DNA of 64,000 bases, from positions 250,375 to 314,374 of the forward strand of contig CBDCTI010000010.1 of NCBI GenBank assembly GCA_965222025.1, read 5' to 3'. Below are positions 1-11,621 of the stretch, piece by piece; the stretch's first letter is position 1, and each line of letters opens with the position of its first letter. Below the pieces are notes generated by a model. The model saw nothing but the letters and a program-made list of their open reading frames with translations. It made no database searches and was not told the origin of the DNA. A program made the translations under genes and the position numbers. This stretch comes from Dehalococcoidia bacterium (GTDB lineage: Bacteria > Chloroflexota > Dehalococcoidia > Lucifugimonadales > UBA3495).

Positions 1-138
1 GCCACCCTTTCAAGGTGGAGATCAGGGGATCGAAGCCCCTCCGGGGTACCAAATCAGACGATTAGCGAATCCACGCCAGCAAGTGCTCGGCGTGGATTTT
101 CTCTTCTCAGACGACGCCGGGTCAGGGGAATTATCAGA

Positions 139-603
139 ATGTCCGTAACCTGGGGAGAATTTGCTCAATCCGCACCGGAACTGGCGGTGCTGGGCGAAGA
201 ACAGTTCGCTCGCACCGGACTGGCGCTGGTGGGAACGCTGCGGAGGGACGGGTGGCCGCGCATCTCGCCGGTGGAGCCGTTCATCGCTGAAGGGCAGCTG
301 TACCTGGGTATGATGCTGCGGTCGGTCAAGGCGCTTGACCTTCTCCGAGACCCGCGCTGCGTGGTCCACAACACGGTATCCAACCGTGATGGTACGGAAG
401 GAGAGTTCAAGGTCTATGGCCGGGCTGTAGAAGTTACCGACCCTGACGAGTGGCGGAAATTCGGCGACGCTGTCTATGCCGCCATCGGCCTACGGGTAGA
501 GGAGGTCGAGGGCCACTGCTTTGCTATCGCAATTGAAAGCGTGGTCTTTTCCAAGCTCGTGGGCGAAGAGTTTCACCGGCAAATCTGGAAAGCAGAAACG
601 TAA
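139..603 (+). CDS. pyridoxamine 5'-phosphate oxidase (PPOX)-like FMN-binding split-barrel family protein
   Basis: 154-aa ORF. The pattern LVGTLRRDGWPRISPVEP...GQLYLGMM resembles PPOX-class proteins. The ORF is followed by a hairpin terminator. Confidence 0.55.
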   Translation: MSVTWGEFAQSAPELAVLGEEQFARTGLALVGTLRRDGWPRISPVEPFIAEGQLYLGMMLRSVKALDLLRDPRCVVHNTVSNRDGTEGEFKVYGRAVEVTDPDEWRKFGDAVYAAIGLRVEEVEGHCFAIAIESVVFSKLVGEEFHRQIWKAET

Positions 604-636
604 AGGGCGCAGAATCATTGTCCGCGCCCTCTTTGT
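604..636. terminator. hairpin between convergent genes (AGGGCGC-N13-GCGCCCT followed by CTTTGT)
   Basis: Perfect 7-bp GC-rich stem read directly from the sequence. It lies between the stops of the PPOX-like gene and the ADH gene. Confidence 0.5.
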
Positions 637-654
637 ATCCAGTAGAATCCGGAC

Positions 655-1671
655 TTAGTCAAATACGAACACGCACTTGCCGGTGGTAGCCCCATCAAAT
701 GTCTGGAAGGCCTCGATCGCCTGGTCCAGGCCGTATCGGTGGGTAATCAGCCGGTCCAGCGGGGCCTTGGTGTCGACGAAGAAACGGGCAATCTCGATGA
801 GTTCGGCCTTGCTGAACGTCCAGGATCCAAAAATGGTCAGCACCTTGAAGATCACATCGCGGTTGAAGTCGATCTCCGCCGGACTGCCAACGCCGACGTA
901 GCAGGCGCGGGCGAAGGGCCGCAGGCAGGTCAGCGTCTGCTGCCTTGCCGTGGGGTTGCCCGAGGTCTCCAGAGCCGCCGTTGCGCCCTGACCGTCGGTG
1001 AGATCAAGAATCGCCTGGACTGCGTCGCTGGAGGCGGCGTTGACTGTGTGGTCAGCCCCCAGCTCCGTCGCCAGCCGCAGCCGCTCGTCCATCACGTCGA
1101 TGGCAATCACGCGCGCGCCCATGGCCTTCGCCGACAGGGTGCCGCTGAGGCCCACGGGACCCTGCCCGAAGACTGCCACGATGTCCTTGCCCGAGACTTC
1201 CATCTTGTTCAGCCCGTTCCAGGCGGTGCCGGTGCCGCATGAAATGGCCGCCCCCTCCTCGAAGGAGAGCTCGTCCGGCAGATGCACCAGGGAGCGGGAC
1301 GGGCAGATCATATAGTCGGCGTTGGCCCCGTGCCCCGTACCGCCGCCGAAGGTGACGTGGCCTTGGGGGCACAGCTGCTCGTAGCCCATAGAGCAGATCT
1401 CACAGACTCCGCAGCCCTCATAGTGATGGCACATTACCCGGTCGCCCAGCTTCAGCCCTGGAGGCGCTCCCGGCCCCAGTTCCTCGATGACGCCGCACGG
1501 CTCGTGCCCGGTGATCATCTCCGTGGGTTCGGCGTCGCGGTAGCGGTGAAGGTCGGTGCCACAGAGCCCCGATGCGCGAATCCGCAGCACCGCCTCCCCG
1601 GGCCCAGCCTGGGGGTCAGGGAATTCGCGTATTTCAGCCTCATGGTTGCCCTTGAAAGTCACTCCGCGCAT
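655..1671 (-). CDS. zinc-dependent alcohol dehydrogenase (MDR superfamily)
   Basis: 338 aa. GHEPCGVIEELG zinc-ligand motif, a structural-zinc Cys cluster (CGVCEICSMG) and a GQGPVGL Rossmann motif. Confidence 0.85.
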   Translation of the reverse strand: MRGVTFKGNHEAEIREFPDPQAGPGEAVLRIRASGLCGTDLHRYRDAEPTEMITGHEPCGVIEELGPGAPPGLKLGDRVMCHHYEGCGVCEICSMGYEQLCPQGHVTFGGGTGHGANADYMICPSRSLVHLPDELSFEEGAAISCGTGTAWNGLNKMEVSGKDIVAVFGQGPVGLSGTLSAKAMGARVIAIDVMDERLRLATELGADHTVNAASSDAVQAILDLTDGQGATAALETSGNPTARQQTLTCLRPFARACYVGVGSPAEIDFNRDVIFKVLTIFGSWTFSKAELIEIARFFVDTKAPLDRLITHRYGLDQAIEAFQTFDGATTGKCVFVFD

Positions 1672-1813
1672 ATCTTTATCCCTCTATTGGCAATTTCGCC
1701 AAATGATATCAACTGGCAGTCAGCGATGCGAGACTCGTCTTTGTGTCGAAGGGCCTAGGGCCGATGCTGGAATGCCCGCCAGCTTTGGATTATGATAGGG
1801 ACGCTCGCGACTC

Positions 1814-2389
1814 GTGGGCACAACTGTTCCCCAGCCTCCACCAGGGCCTTGTTCTTTGCAGGAACTTCCAAGCCTCCAGGCGTTTGTTTCCATCGACGAG
1901 CCCTTCGATAGCGAGATCGACGCTGAGTGGCTAGAAGGGGTGGCGCGAGCGGGGCTGTCCGTGGCGGGCGTTGAAGGACAGGCGGAGGTCAGCCTCCTCA
2001 TTACGGGAGACGACACTGTCCAGGCATTGAACTCTGAATTCCGGGGACTGGACGAGACCACCGACGTCCTTTCTTTCTCCGCCGAACACCCAGGCCACTG
2101 GGAGGGCGAAGGAGACGGGCCGGAACGCCAGGCAGGCGACGATGACTTTGTATTACCTCCCGGAACTGCCAGACCACTGGGAGAAATCATCATCTCGCTA
2201 CCCCAGGCCCGGCGACAAGCAATCGACCACGGCGTCAGCCCCGGGCATGAACTGGCTCTTCTGGTCATACACGGTGCCCTGCACCTGGTAGGTTTCGACC
2301 ATGTGGAACCCGAGGAGACCTCGCTGATGCAGGCGCGGGAACGCGAGGCGCTTGAGTCCCTGATACTAACGGAGTCCCTGCAAGAATGA
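1814..2389 (+). CDS. ybeY: rRNA maturation endoribonuclease YbeY
   Basis: HGALHLVGFDH zinc-binding signature near the C-terminus. The GTG start at 1814 is uncertain because the N-terminus is longer than usual. The stop overlaps the dnaX start (ATGA). Confidence 0.8.
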   Translation: MGTTVPQPPPGPCSLQELPSLQAFVSIDEPFDSEIDAEWLEGVARAGLSVAGVEGQAEVSLLITGDDTVQALNSEFRGLDETTDVLSFSAEHPGHWEGEGDGPERQAGDDDFVLPPGTARPLGEIIISLPQARRQAIDHGVSPGHELALLVIHGALHLVGFDHVEPEETSLMQAREREALESLILTESLQE

Positions 2390-4053
2390 CATCGCAGGTC
2401 TACTACCGAAAGTGGCGCCCCTCCAGCTTCGGCGAACTCGCCGGCCAGGAGCACGTGTCCACCACCCTTCGCCAGTCGGTCCGCCTGGGCCGCATATCCC
2501 ATTCTTACCTGTTCTGCGGCCCGCGGGGATGCGGAAAGACCACGACCGCCCGCATCATCGCCAAGGCCGCCAATTGCCTCGACCTGCAGGACGGCGACCC
2601 CTGCAACAACTGCGCGGTCTGCCAGTCCATCAACGAAGGCCGCTTCATGGACATCATCGAGCTGGACGCGGCCAGCAACCGGGGCATCGACGAGATCCGG
2701 GACATCCGCGACAAGGTGAATTTCGCACCGGTGCAGGGCCGCCGCAAGGTCTACATCATCGACGAAGCCCACATGCTCACCGACGCGGCATCCAACGCCT
2801 TCCTGAAGACGCTTGAGGAGCCGCCGGCGCATGTCATGTTCGTCCTCTGCACCACCGAGGCCCACCGCATCTTGCCCACCATCATCTCGCGATGCCAACG
2901 GCTGGACTTCCGCCGCATCCCATCGGAGACGGTGTTTGGCCGCCTGTCGGAAATCGCGGAGGCCGAGGGCGTGGCAGTTGAACCCGCCGCATTGCGCCTG
3001 ATCGCCCGATACGCCGCGGGCAGCCTCCGCGACGCGGAAAACCTCCTCGAGCAACTGGTGGTCTCCTGCCCTGACGGCGTGACGGCCCCCCAGGTGGAAA
3101 AGCTGCTGGGTATGGGCAGCGACGAGACCGCGCTGGAGCTGGTCAAGTACGTGCTACTGGGCAACACCACAGCCGCTCTTTCTGCCGTTAACCGCGCCGC
3201 CTGGGAGGGCAGTGACCTTCGCCAGCTCCACCGCCAGGCCTCCGATCTGCTGCGTGGGTTCATGCACCTGCAGTGGGGCTCAGAGGATGCGGTAGACCTC
3301 CCGGAGCACGTGCGCACCCAACTGAAAGAAATGGTTGGCCAGCAGCCGCCATGGCGGATCGTACACGCCCTCAAGGTCTGGGGCGCGGTCAACATGCGCT
3401 ATGACGCCCCCTCGACGCTGCCGCTGGAACTGGCCGTGGTGGAGATCTGCGAGGAGTCCGCGGCACCAGCTCCCACGGCAGAAGCCCCACCTCCGGCGCC
3501 GCCACGCAGGGTGGCCGAACCCCAGCCGCAGCGTTCCGCACCTCCGCCGCGCGAGCCGAGGCCTGAGCCTCCGCCTACCCGGGAGCGCCCCGCGCCGACG
3601 CCGACGGCACCACGGGATCCGGCTCCCCAGCCTGCGCAAGCCATCAGCGGCCGGACAGGCGGCGATTCCAACTCCAACGAGCTGTGGGTACGCTGGAACG
3701 ATACCGTGAAATCCCTGTCCCGTCACAAGGGCAGGAAGTACAATCTGGGGGCCCTGCTCCGGGACTGCAAGGTAAACAGCATCACCCTCGAAGGGCAGAC
3801 ACTGGTGCTTCCCTTCAGCAATAAGGCCAATCTCGAACGGATGCAGGAAGAGCTGGAAGACCCATCGTCCCGCCAGCGCATGGCTGAAGCACTTGCCACG
3901 TCCTTCGGCGAGGGATGCGGATACGAACTGACTCTTGCCAACGGACAGCAGGCCTCCGGAAATGCAAACAAGACGGCCCAGAACAGCCCGCTGGTCCGCG
4001 CAGCCTTGGGTATGGGCGCACGAATCCTCCAGGAACAAGAGGTGGATGAATGA
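2386..4053 (+). CDS. dnaX: DNA polymerase III subunit gamma/tau
   Basis: Walker A GPRGCGKTT, zinc module CNNCAVCQSI, SRC motif (ISRCQRLDF) and a Pro-rich linker. Confidence 0.9.
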   Translation: MTSQVYYRKWRPSSFGELAGQEHVSTTLRQSVRLGRISHSYLFCGPRGCGKTTTARIIAKAANCLDLQDGDPCNNCAVCQSINEGRFMDIIELDAASNRGIDEIRDIRDKVNFAPVQGRRKVYIIDEAHMLTDAASNAFLKTLEEPPAHVMFVLCTTEAHRILPTIISRCQRLDFRRIPSETVFGRLSEIAEAEGVAVEPAALRLIARYAAGSLRDAENLLEQLVVSCPDGVTAPQVEKLLGMGSDETALELVKYVLLGNTTAALSAVNRAAWEGSDLRQLHRQASDLLRGFMHLQWGSEDAVDLPEHVRTQLKEMVGQQPPWRIVHALKVWGAVNMRYDAPSTLPLELAVVEICEESAAPAPTAEAPPPAPPRRVAEPQPQRSAPPPREPRPEPPPTRERPAPTPTAPRDPAPQPAQAISGRTGGDSNSNELWVRWNDTVKSLSRHKGRKYNLGALLRDCKVNSITLEGQTLVLPFSNKANLERMQEELEDPSSRQRMAEALATSFGEGCGYELTLANGQQASGNANKTAQNSPLVRAALGMGARILQEQEVDE

Positions 4054-4349
4054 ACCGCAACATGATGCGCCAGGCCCAGAAGCAACTGGCCCAGCTGCAG
4101 AAGATCCAAGAAGAGCTCGAGACTCTGACCGTTACCGGCACTGCCGGTGGTGGAGCCGTCCGGGTTGTCATGACCGGCAAGCAGGCCGTGGAATCCGTGG
4201 AAATCGAACCCGAAGCCGCTGAGGACCTGGAACTGCTGCAGGACATGCTGGTCGGCGCCTTCAACGACGCGGCCATCAAGGCGCAGGAACTGGCCACCAG
4301 CAGGATGAGCGTCATCACCGGCGGCATGAACATCCCGGGCCTTACCTGA
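4050..4349 (+). CDS. ybaB: YbaB/EbfC family nucleoid-associated protein
   Basis: 99 aa. N-terminal MMRQAQKQLAQLQKIQEEL and conserved dnaX-ybaB-recR synteny. The start overlaps the dnaX stop. Confidence 0.9.
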   Translation: MNRNMMRQAQKQLAQLQKIQEELETLTVTGTAGGGAVRVVMTGKQAVESVEIEPEAAEDLELLQDMLVGAFNDAAIKAQELATSRMSVITGGMNIPGLT

Positions 4350-4453
4350 GAGCCTCGAACGCATGCCCACTGGTATATGGGGATTTCAGGTGCGCGCAGT
4401 GCCTGTCGGTTCACTCGGGGACCACTTTCTTCACCTGAGCCGAGAGTTCTCCT

Positions 4454-5068
4454 GTGACCTCCGATAATCTTCCCTCGACTGCTCCCTCCATAGCCAGGCT
4501 GGTGCAGGAGTTGAATCGCCTGCCCGGCATCGGGCCCAAGAGCGCCCAGAGGCTGGCATACCACATTATCCGCCTGCCCGATGAGGAGGCGTACGCCCTG
4601 GCCGAGGCGGTAACCGCGGTCAAGCGCAACACCATCTTCTGCGGCGAGTGCCAAAACCTAGCGGAGTCCACGCCCTGCATCATCTGTGCCGACCACCGGC
4701 GCACGCGCTCAATTATCTGCGTTGTGGAAGACCCCATGGACGTGCTTGCCCTGGAGCGCACCCGCAGCTTCCGAGGTCTCTACCACGTCCTTCACGGCGT
4801 AATCTCGCCCATCAACGGTGTGGGGCCGGACCAGTTGAAGCTGCGAGAACTACTGTCCCGGCTCGCCGCCCCGGAGGTCGAGGAACTGGTCGTCGCCACC
4901 AACCCCACCCTGGAAGGCGAGGCCACCGCCATGTACATCCAGAGGCACCTCAACCGCGAAGACCTGCGCATCACCCGTCTTGCGCGGGGTCTGCCCGTGG
5001 GCGGCTCGCTGGAGCACACCGACGAGACAACGCTGAGCCGGGCCTTCCAGGGACGTCAGGAACTCTAA
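4454..5068 (+). CDS. recR: recombination protein RecR
   Basis: 204 aa. HhH N-terminus (LPGIGPKSAQRLAYH), C4 zinc finger (CGECQNL...CIICAD) and a Toprim region. GTG start. Confidence 0.95.
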   Translation: MTSDNLPSTAPSIARLVQELNRLPGIGPKSAQRLAYHIIRLPDEEAYALAEAVTAVKRNTIFCGECQNLAESTPCIICADHRRTRSIICVVEDPMDVLALERTRSFRGLYHVLHGVISPINGVGPDQLKLRELLSRLAAPEVEELVVATNPTLEGEATAMYIQRHLNREDLRITRLARGLPVGGSLEHTDETTLSRAFQGRQEL

Positions 5069-5070
5069 GC

Positions 5071-5868
5071 GTGTCCCCGCCTCGGACCTATCGCTGCGAG
5101 GGGCTGACCCTCCGCAAGGTTGCCATCGGCGAGGCCGACCTGGTGGTAACTGTCTTTACTGCCGAGCACGGGAAGGTGAGGGCAGTAGCCAAGGGCGCCC
5201 GCCGTTCTTCCAGCAGGCTAGTGGGCCACGTTGAGCCGCTGACCCTGACCAGGATGTCCATCGCCCGCGGGCGGGAGTTGGACATCGTTTCACAGGCAGA
5301 GGTGACGGACGGCTTCGCCGGGCTGAAGGCGGACCTGACCTCGGTTACCCGGGGCATTTACGTAGCCGAGCTCCTTGACGGCTTCGGCGCCGAGGACAGC
5401 CCTGCCCCCGGCCTTTTCCGTCTGGCTGTCAGCGTTTTGCGTGCCCTGCCCCATGCCTCCGATCCCGAAGCTTCGCTGCGGTATTTCGAGTTTCACCTGC
5501 TACGCCTGTCGGGGATGCTTCCCGAGCTCTACCAGTGTGTCGAGTGCCGGCAGGAAGTCCTGCCTGACGCCCATCGCTTCAGCGTAAACCTGGGCGGCGT
5601 CCTTTGCCCCGGCTGCAGTCCGATGGAGGCCCAGGTACGCCCGCTGTCGCTGCGGGCCATGAAAGTGCTCAGGCTGCTGCACCGGGGAGGCCTCTCAGAG
5701 GTCTCCTCGTTGAGCATCAGCCCGCAGCTATCCGCCGAATTGAAGTCGGTCCTGATCACCACCGTCCGCTACTGGCTCGGCAAGGAGATCCGGTCGAACG
5801 CCTTCCTGGAACGATTGCACAGCGAGGAACTCCTGGAGGCCGAAAAAGAGACCCACAGACAGACATAA
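5071..5868 (+). CDS. recO: DNA repair protein RecO
   Basis: The GTG at 5071 is in frame with the 4648..5868 ORF. The OB-fold N-terminus (EGLTLRKVAIGEADLVVTVFT...GKVRAVAKGARR) and the zinc motif CVECR...CPGC fit RecO. The part of the tracked ORF upstream of 5071 overlaps recR out of frame. Confidence 0.85.
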   Translation: MSPPRTYRCEGLTLRKVAIGEADLVVTVFTAEHGKVRAVAKGARRSSSRLVGHVEPLTLTRMSIARGRELDIVSQAEVTDGFAGLKADLTSVTRGIYVAELLDGFGAEDSPAPGLFRLAVSVLRALPHASDPEASLRYFEFHLLRLSGMLPELYQCVECRQEVLPDAHRFSVNLGGVLCPGCSPMEAQVRPLSLRAMKVLRLLHRGGLSEVSSLSISPQLSAELKSVLITTVRYWLGKEIRSNAFLERLHSEELLEAEKETHRQT

Positions 5869-5997
5869 ACACGCAGGCCAGCAAGCATGCGTAATCACTG
5901 CTTCGCTGGTATTATGTCCGCCAAACAACGCGAGTCTGAGACAAACTTGGGAATCCGCGCCAACATGAGAGAGGGAAATACGGGGAGGGGTGCGCTG

Positions 5998-7556
<1,559 letters not shown>

Positions 7557-7566
<10 letters not shown>

Positions 7567-7997
7567 CCAGGCTCCGTGTCCGCGTCGGAGGCAACTGGTA
7601 CGACGTCGAGGTGGGGGATCTCGACCGGTCGCCCGTCTATGTGACGGTCGAGGGGGAGACCTTCGCCGTTGAGGTGGAAGGCCTTTCCAGCCAGGCACGC
7701 ACGCGTCCCCGTCGTGGCCGCACTCAAACACCCGGGATCCTTGTCCCCCCGCCCGCCAGCCGGGTCAACCCAACCGGGGGTGATGGGAACTTCATCCGCT
7801 CCCCCATGCCTGGCCGCGTAATTTCCATCATGGTGCGCCCCGGCGACGCCGTTTCGGTCGGGCAGGAGGTGTGCGTGGTGGAAGCCATGAAGATGGAGCA
7901 GAGCATCCGCTCTCCGCAGAACGGCGTGATCAAGGAAATCCGCGTCCAGCCCATGGACTCGGTTCGCACCAACGACCCCCTCATGGAGCTGGAGTAG
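7557..7997 (+). CDS. biotin carboxyl carrier / biotinyl-domain protein
   Basis: The C-terminal VVEAMKMEQ biotinylation motif (AMKM) sits in a lipoyl-like domain. Putative TTG start overlaps the upstream stop. Confidence 0.75.
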
Positions 7998-8200
7998 AGG
8001 CTGCGGAAAGGCGCTGTCTCGCCTCCCTGCTTCAAAAGGTCCGGCCCCCTTCAAAGGATCCGGCCCCGCTCAAGTGCAATCGGCCTTTGATTGTTAAATT
8101 GTGATCCCGGACCTGCACACCCTTCCGGGTTTCTAGCTCGTCAAAGCCTCCCCGGTGTCCTTTCCTGATAACGCCTCGCCAGCTTGGCGGGGAGTTTGTG

Positions 8201-8206
8201 TATAAT
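8201..8206 (+). promoter_or_regulatory. candidate -10 box (TATAAT) upstream of the first GMC oxidoreductase
   Basis: Perfect TATAAT about 118 nt upstream of the ATG at 8324, in an AT-richer intergenic stretch. No convincing -35 box was seen. Confidence 0.3.
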
Positions 8207-8323
8207 GGGCTACCCCGAAATATCGATGCGGTGCGAGGCCAGAATTGAACGGCCGAAATCCGTCAGAGCTCAACCTGAGCAGCTGGAAAGGGGAACTGTT
8301 CAATACTCACAGGAGGGACAAGG

Positions 8324-9889
8324 ATGAAGTACGACTACATCGTTGTGGGGGGCGGTTCGGCGGGATGCACCATCGCCACGCGGCTGTCCGAAGATCCAAA
8401 TAATTCGGTGCTCCTGCTAGAAGCAGGGCCGGATTATCCTGACTTCGAGACGCTGCCCGACGACCTGAAGCTGGGCAACAATGTCTGGTTCTCAGCCTAC
8501 GGAGACCACAGCTGGGCCTACCGGGGCCACATGACCGACGAGCTACCCGACCTGGAAATCCCCCGGGGCAAGGCCACCGGCGGCTCCAGCGCCATCAATG
8601 GTCAGGTGCTGTACCGGGGCGTCCCCGACGACTACAACCGCTGGGCCCAGTGGGGCAACGACGAGTGGGGATACACCAGCTGCCTGCCCTACTTCAACAA
8701 GCTGGAGACCGACCTGGACTTCGGCGGCAGCGACTTCCACGGTACCGACGGCCCTGTGCCGGTAAGGCGCGCGCCGCGCACCGAGTGGCTGCCCCACGCG
8801 GTCGCCTTCGAGAAGGCGGCCCTGGCCGAGGGCTTCGAGATCTCCGAGGACATGAACGACCCCGAGTCCACCGGAGTATCGCCCCGCGCCCGGAACACCC
8901 TCAACTTCAAGGGCAGTAGCGGTGTGCGCATGAGCATGGCCCTGAACTACCTCGACATGGCCCGTCACCGCCTGAACTTCTCAATTCGCGGCAGCGTCAC
9001 CTGTCGGCGCATCTTGTTCGACGGCAAGAGGGCCGTGGGCGTTGAAGCTGAGAGCGGCGGCGAAGTCTTCACCGTCGAGGGCAACGAGATCATCCTCTCC
9101 AGCGGTGCCGTGGCATCGCCCCAGATCCTTATGCTTTCGGGCGTGGGCCCCAAGGACCACCTGGAGAGCCTCGGCATCTCGGTGGTTCACGATTCGCCGG
9201 GCGTGGGCAAGAACCTGCGCGACCATCCCTCCGCTGCCGCCATATACCAGGCCGAGGGCGAAAAGCCCGACGTGCAGGCGCCGGTAATCCAGGTGGGACT
9301 GCGCTACCAGGTGCCGGGCAGCCCCCTGGAAAACGATATGCAGCTCTCGCCCATGCTGATGACCAGCGAACACCGCCCGGCCCAGGTCACCATTGATGAG
9401 GACCTGAACTATGTCGGAATGAGCGCCAGCCTTCAGCTTGCCCTGGGGCAGGGGGAACTGACCCTGCAGGCCAACGACCCCCACGTCCAGCCGTTCATCA
9501 ACTACAACTATTACAAGGAACCGGAAGACCTGCGCAGGATGCGAGAGGCCATTCGACTGGGCGTCCGCATGGCGGAGAACCACGGTATTTACAAGGACAT
9601 CATCATCGAACGGGTCATGCCCACCGACGACGAGTTGGCCGACGACGCGGCTCTCGATGAGTGGCTGAAGCGCAATTCCGGCACTTCGCATCACATCTCC
9701 GGCACCTGCAAGATGGGGCCGGACAGCGACCCGCTGGCAGTGGTCGACCAGCACCTGCACGTCAAGGGCCTGGAGGGCCTGCGCGTCGCCGACGCCTCCA
9801 TCATGCCCGACTGCATCCGCGCCAACACCAACGCCACCACCATCATGATCGGTGAGCGCTGCGCCGACTTCATCAAGGACGGCAAGTAG
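8324..9889 (+). CDS. GMC family FAD-dependent oxidoreductase (choline dehydrogenase-like)
   Basis: N-terminal YDYIVVGGGSAGCTIATRLSED FAD fold, GMC signature GGSSAINGQV and C-terminal HISGTCKMG. AGGAGG RBS. Confidence 0.9.
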   Translation: MKYDYIVVGGGSAGCTIATRLSEDPNNSVLLLEAGPDYPDFETLPDDLKLGNNVWFSAYGDHSWAYRGHMTDELPDLEIPRGKATGGSSAINGQVLYRGVPDDYNRWAQWGNDEWGYTSCLPYFNKLETDLDFGGSDFHGTDGPVPVRRAPRTEWLPHAVAFEKAALAEGFEISEDMNDPESTGVSPRARNTLNFKGSSGVRMSMALNYLDMARHRLNFSIRGSVTCRRILFDGKRAVGVEAESGGEVFTVEGNEIILSSGAVASPQILMLSGVGPKDHLESLGISVVHDSPGVGKNLRDHPSAAAIYQAEGEKPDVQAPVIQVGLRYQVPGSPLENDMQLSPMLMTSEHRPAQVTIDEDLNYVGMSASLQLALGQGELTLQANDPHVQPFINYNYYKEPEDLRRMREAIRLGVRMAENHGIYKDIIIERVMPTDDELADDAALDEWLKRNSGTSHHISGTCKMGPDSDPLAVVDQHLHVKGLEGLRVADASIMPDCIRANTNATTIMIGERCADFIKDGK

Positions 9890-9918
9890 GCGCAAACTGA
9901 CCCCGGTTTAGACTCCCG

Positions 9919-9963
9919 GAGCGCAGAGGGAATATACGGACAATTCCTTCTGCGCTCTTTGCA
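9919..9963 (+). terminator. intrinsic terminator after the first GMC gene
   Basis: GAGCGCAGAGGGAAT-loop-ATTCCTTCTGCGCTC stem followed by TTTGCAATT. Confidence 0.6.
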
Positions 9964-9987
9964 ATTGAAAAAGCCTGGAGGGTTCCG

Positions 9988-11535
9988 ATGAAATACAACT
10001 ACATCGTGATCGGCGGCGGCTCGGCCGGCTGTGTCATGGCTTCGCGGTTGTCGGAAGACCCGGAGGTTACGGTGCTCCTGCTGGAGGCCGGTCCGGACTA
10101 TCCCGTGTTCGAAGCCCTTCCCGACGATCTGAAGATGGGCAACAATGTATGGCTGTCGGCCTACGGCCCGCACAGCTGGGCCTACCGCGGTCACATGACC
10201 AACGATTTGCCGGACCTGGAGATTCCCCGAGGCCGGGCCACCGGCGGCTCCAGCGCCATCAACGGCCAGGTGTTGCTGCGTGGCATCCCAGAGGACTACG
10301 ACCGCTGGGCCGAGTGGGGAAACGACGAGTGGGGCTTCACCCAATGCCTGCCCTACTTCAACAAGATGGAGACCGACCTCGACTTCGGCGGCGGCGACCT
10401 CCACGGCAACAGCGGTCCCGTCCCGGTACGGCGATACCCCCGCTCGGAATGGCTGCCTCACGCAGTCGCCTTCGAGCAGGCTTGCGTTGCCGAGGGCTAC
10501 CCCGTACACGAAGACCAGAACGATCCCGATTCAACCGGCGTGTCACCCCGCGCCCGCAATACCATCGACGGCGTGCGCATGAGCAATGCCCTGAACTACC
10601 TGGATATCGCGCGGCACCGCCTCAATCTCACCATCCGGGGTGGCGTAACCGCCCATCGTGTGCTCTTCGACGGCAAGCGGGCGGTGGGAGTGGAAGCCGA
10701 GAGCGGCGGCGAGGTATTCACGGTCCAGGGCGACCAGATCATTGTGTGCAGCGGTGCGGTGGCCTCCCCCCAGCTGCTGATGCTTTCCGGCGTCGGGCCG
10801 GCCGGCCACCTGCAGGGCTTCGGGATCGAGGTGGTCTACGACTCCCCCGGGGTCGGCAAGAACCTGCGCGACCATCCTTCGGCAGCGGTGCTGTACCGGG
10901 CGAAGGGCGACAGGCCTGATGTGCAGGCACCCATGACCCAGGTCGGGATGCGCTACACCGCCACGGACTCCCCCCTGCGCAACGACATGCAGCTTCAGCC
11001 GATGCTGATGACCAGCGAACACCGGCCCGCCCAGGTCGAAATCGATGACGACAGCAACTACATCGGAATGAACGCCAGTCTGCAACTGGCGCTGGGACAG
11101 GGAGAGCTTACCCTCCAGTCCACGGACCCGCATGTCCAGCCCTTCATCAACTACAACTACTACCAGGAGGAAGAAGACCTGCGCCGGATGCGGGACGGCA
11201 TCCGCCTAGGCGTACGAGTGGCCGAGCAGTCCATGTACCAAGGCATCCTAGAAGAGCGTGTCACCCCGACGGACGAGGAACTGGCCACGGACGAGTCTCT
11301 GAACGGCTGGCTTAGGCGCAACTCCGGCACGTCCCACCACATCTCCGGCACCTGCAAGATGGGGCCGGAAAGCGACCCTATGACGGTGGTAGACCAGTAC
11401 CTCAAGGTCAAGGGAGTGGAGAACCTGCGCGTTGCCGACGCCTCGGTCATGCCCGACTGCATCCGTGCCAACACCAACGCCACCACCATCATGATCGCCG
11501 AGAAGCTCTGCGACTTCATCAAGGCTGGCAACTAG
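9988..11535 (+). CDS. GMC family FAD-dependent oxidoreductase, tandem paralog
   Basis: 515 aa, collinear with the upstream GMC protein and carrying the same motifs. Many blocks are identical, e.g. HSWAYRGHMT and LQLALGQGELTLQ. Confidence 0.9.
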   Translation: MKYNYIVIGGGSAGCVMASRLSEDPEVTVLLLEAGPDYPVFEALPDDLKMGNNVWLSAYGPHSWAYRGHMTNDLPDLEIPRGRATGGSSAINGQVLLRGIPEDYDRWAEWGNDEWGFTQCLPYFNKMETDLDFGGGDLHGNSGPVPVRRYPRSEWLPHAVAFEQACVAEGYPVHEDQNDPDSTGVSPRARNTIDGVRMSNALNYLDIARHRLNLTIRGGVTAHRVLFDGKRAVGVEAESGGEVFTVQGDQIIVCSGAVASPQLLMLSGVGPAGHLQGFGIEVVYDSPGVGKNLRDHPSAAVLYRAKGDRPDVQAPMTQVGMRYTATDSPLRNDMQLQPMLMTSEHRPAQVEIDDDSNYIGMNASLQLALGQGELTLQSTDPHVQPFINYNYYQEEEDLRRMRDGIRLGVRVAEQSMYQGILEERVTPTDEELATDESLNGWLRRNSGTSHHISGTCKMGPESDPMTVVDQYLKVKGVENLRVADASVMPDCIRANTNATTIMIAEKLCDFIKAGN

Positions 11536-11621
11536 AGCCATTGACAGAGTCATGATCGAACTGTTGGGGCGCGCGACTGTGCGCCCCTGGATTTGAACCA
11601 TCTTCACAGTGGAGCACCATC

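Noticed and set aside
1720-3054. 444-aa minus-strand ORF overlapping ybeY and dnaX
   Set aside because: It is antisense to two well-supported genes, and its translation is low-complexity and A/G/R/S-rich. This is a typical GC-driven shadow ORF. The same reasoning applies to 8981-9895, 9691-10509, 13268-14215, 31396-32139, 3280-4038 and 3815-4654.
2386-4053. Programmed -1 frameshift site in dnaX (gamma/tau)
   Set aside because: I found no A AAA AAG-type slippery heptamer with a downstream hairpin in the gene, so nothing supports it.
4648-5070. N-terminal 141 codons of the tracked 406-aa recO ORF
   Set aside because: This part overlaps recR in another frame and is Pro/Arg-rich nonsense. RecO homology begins at the GTG at 5071, just after the recR stop.
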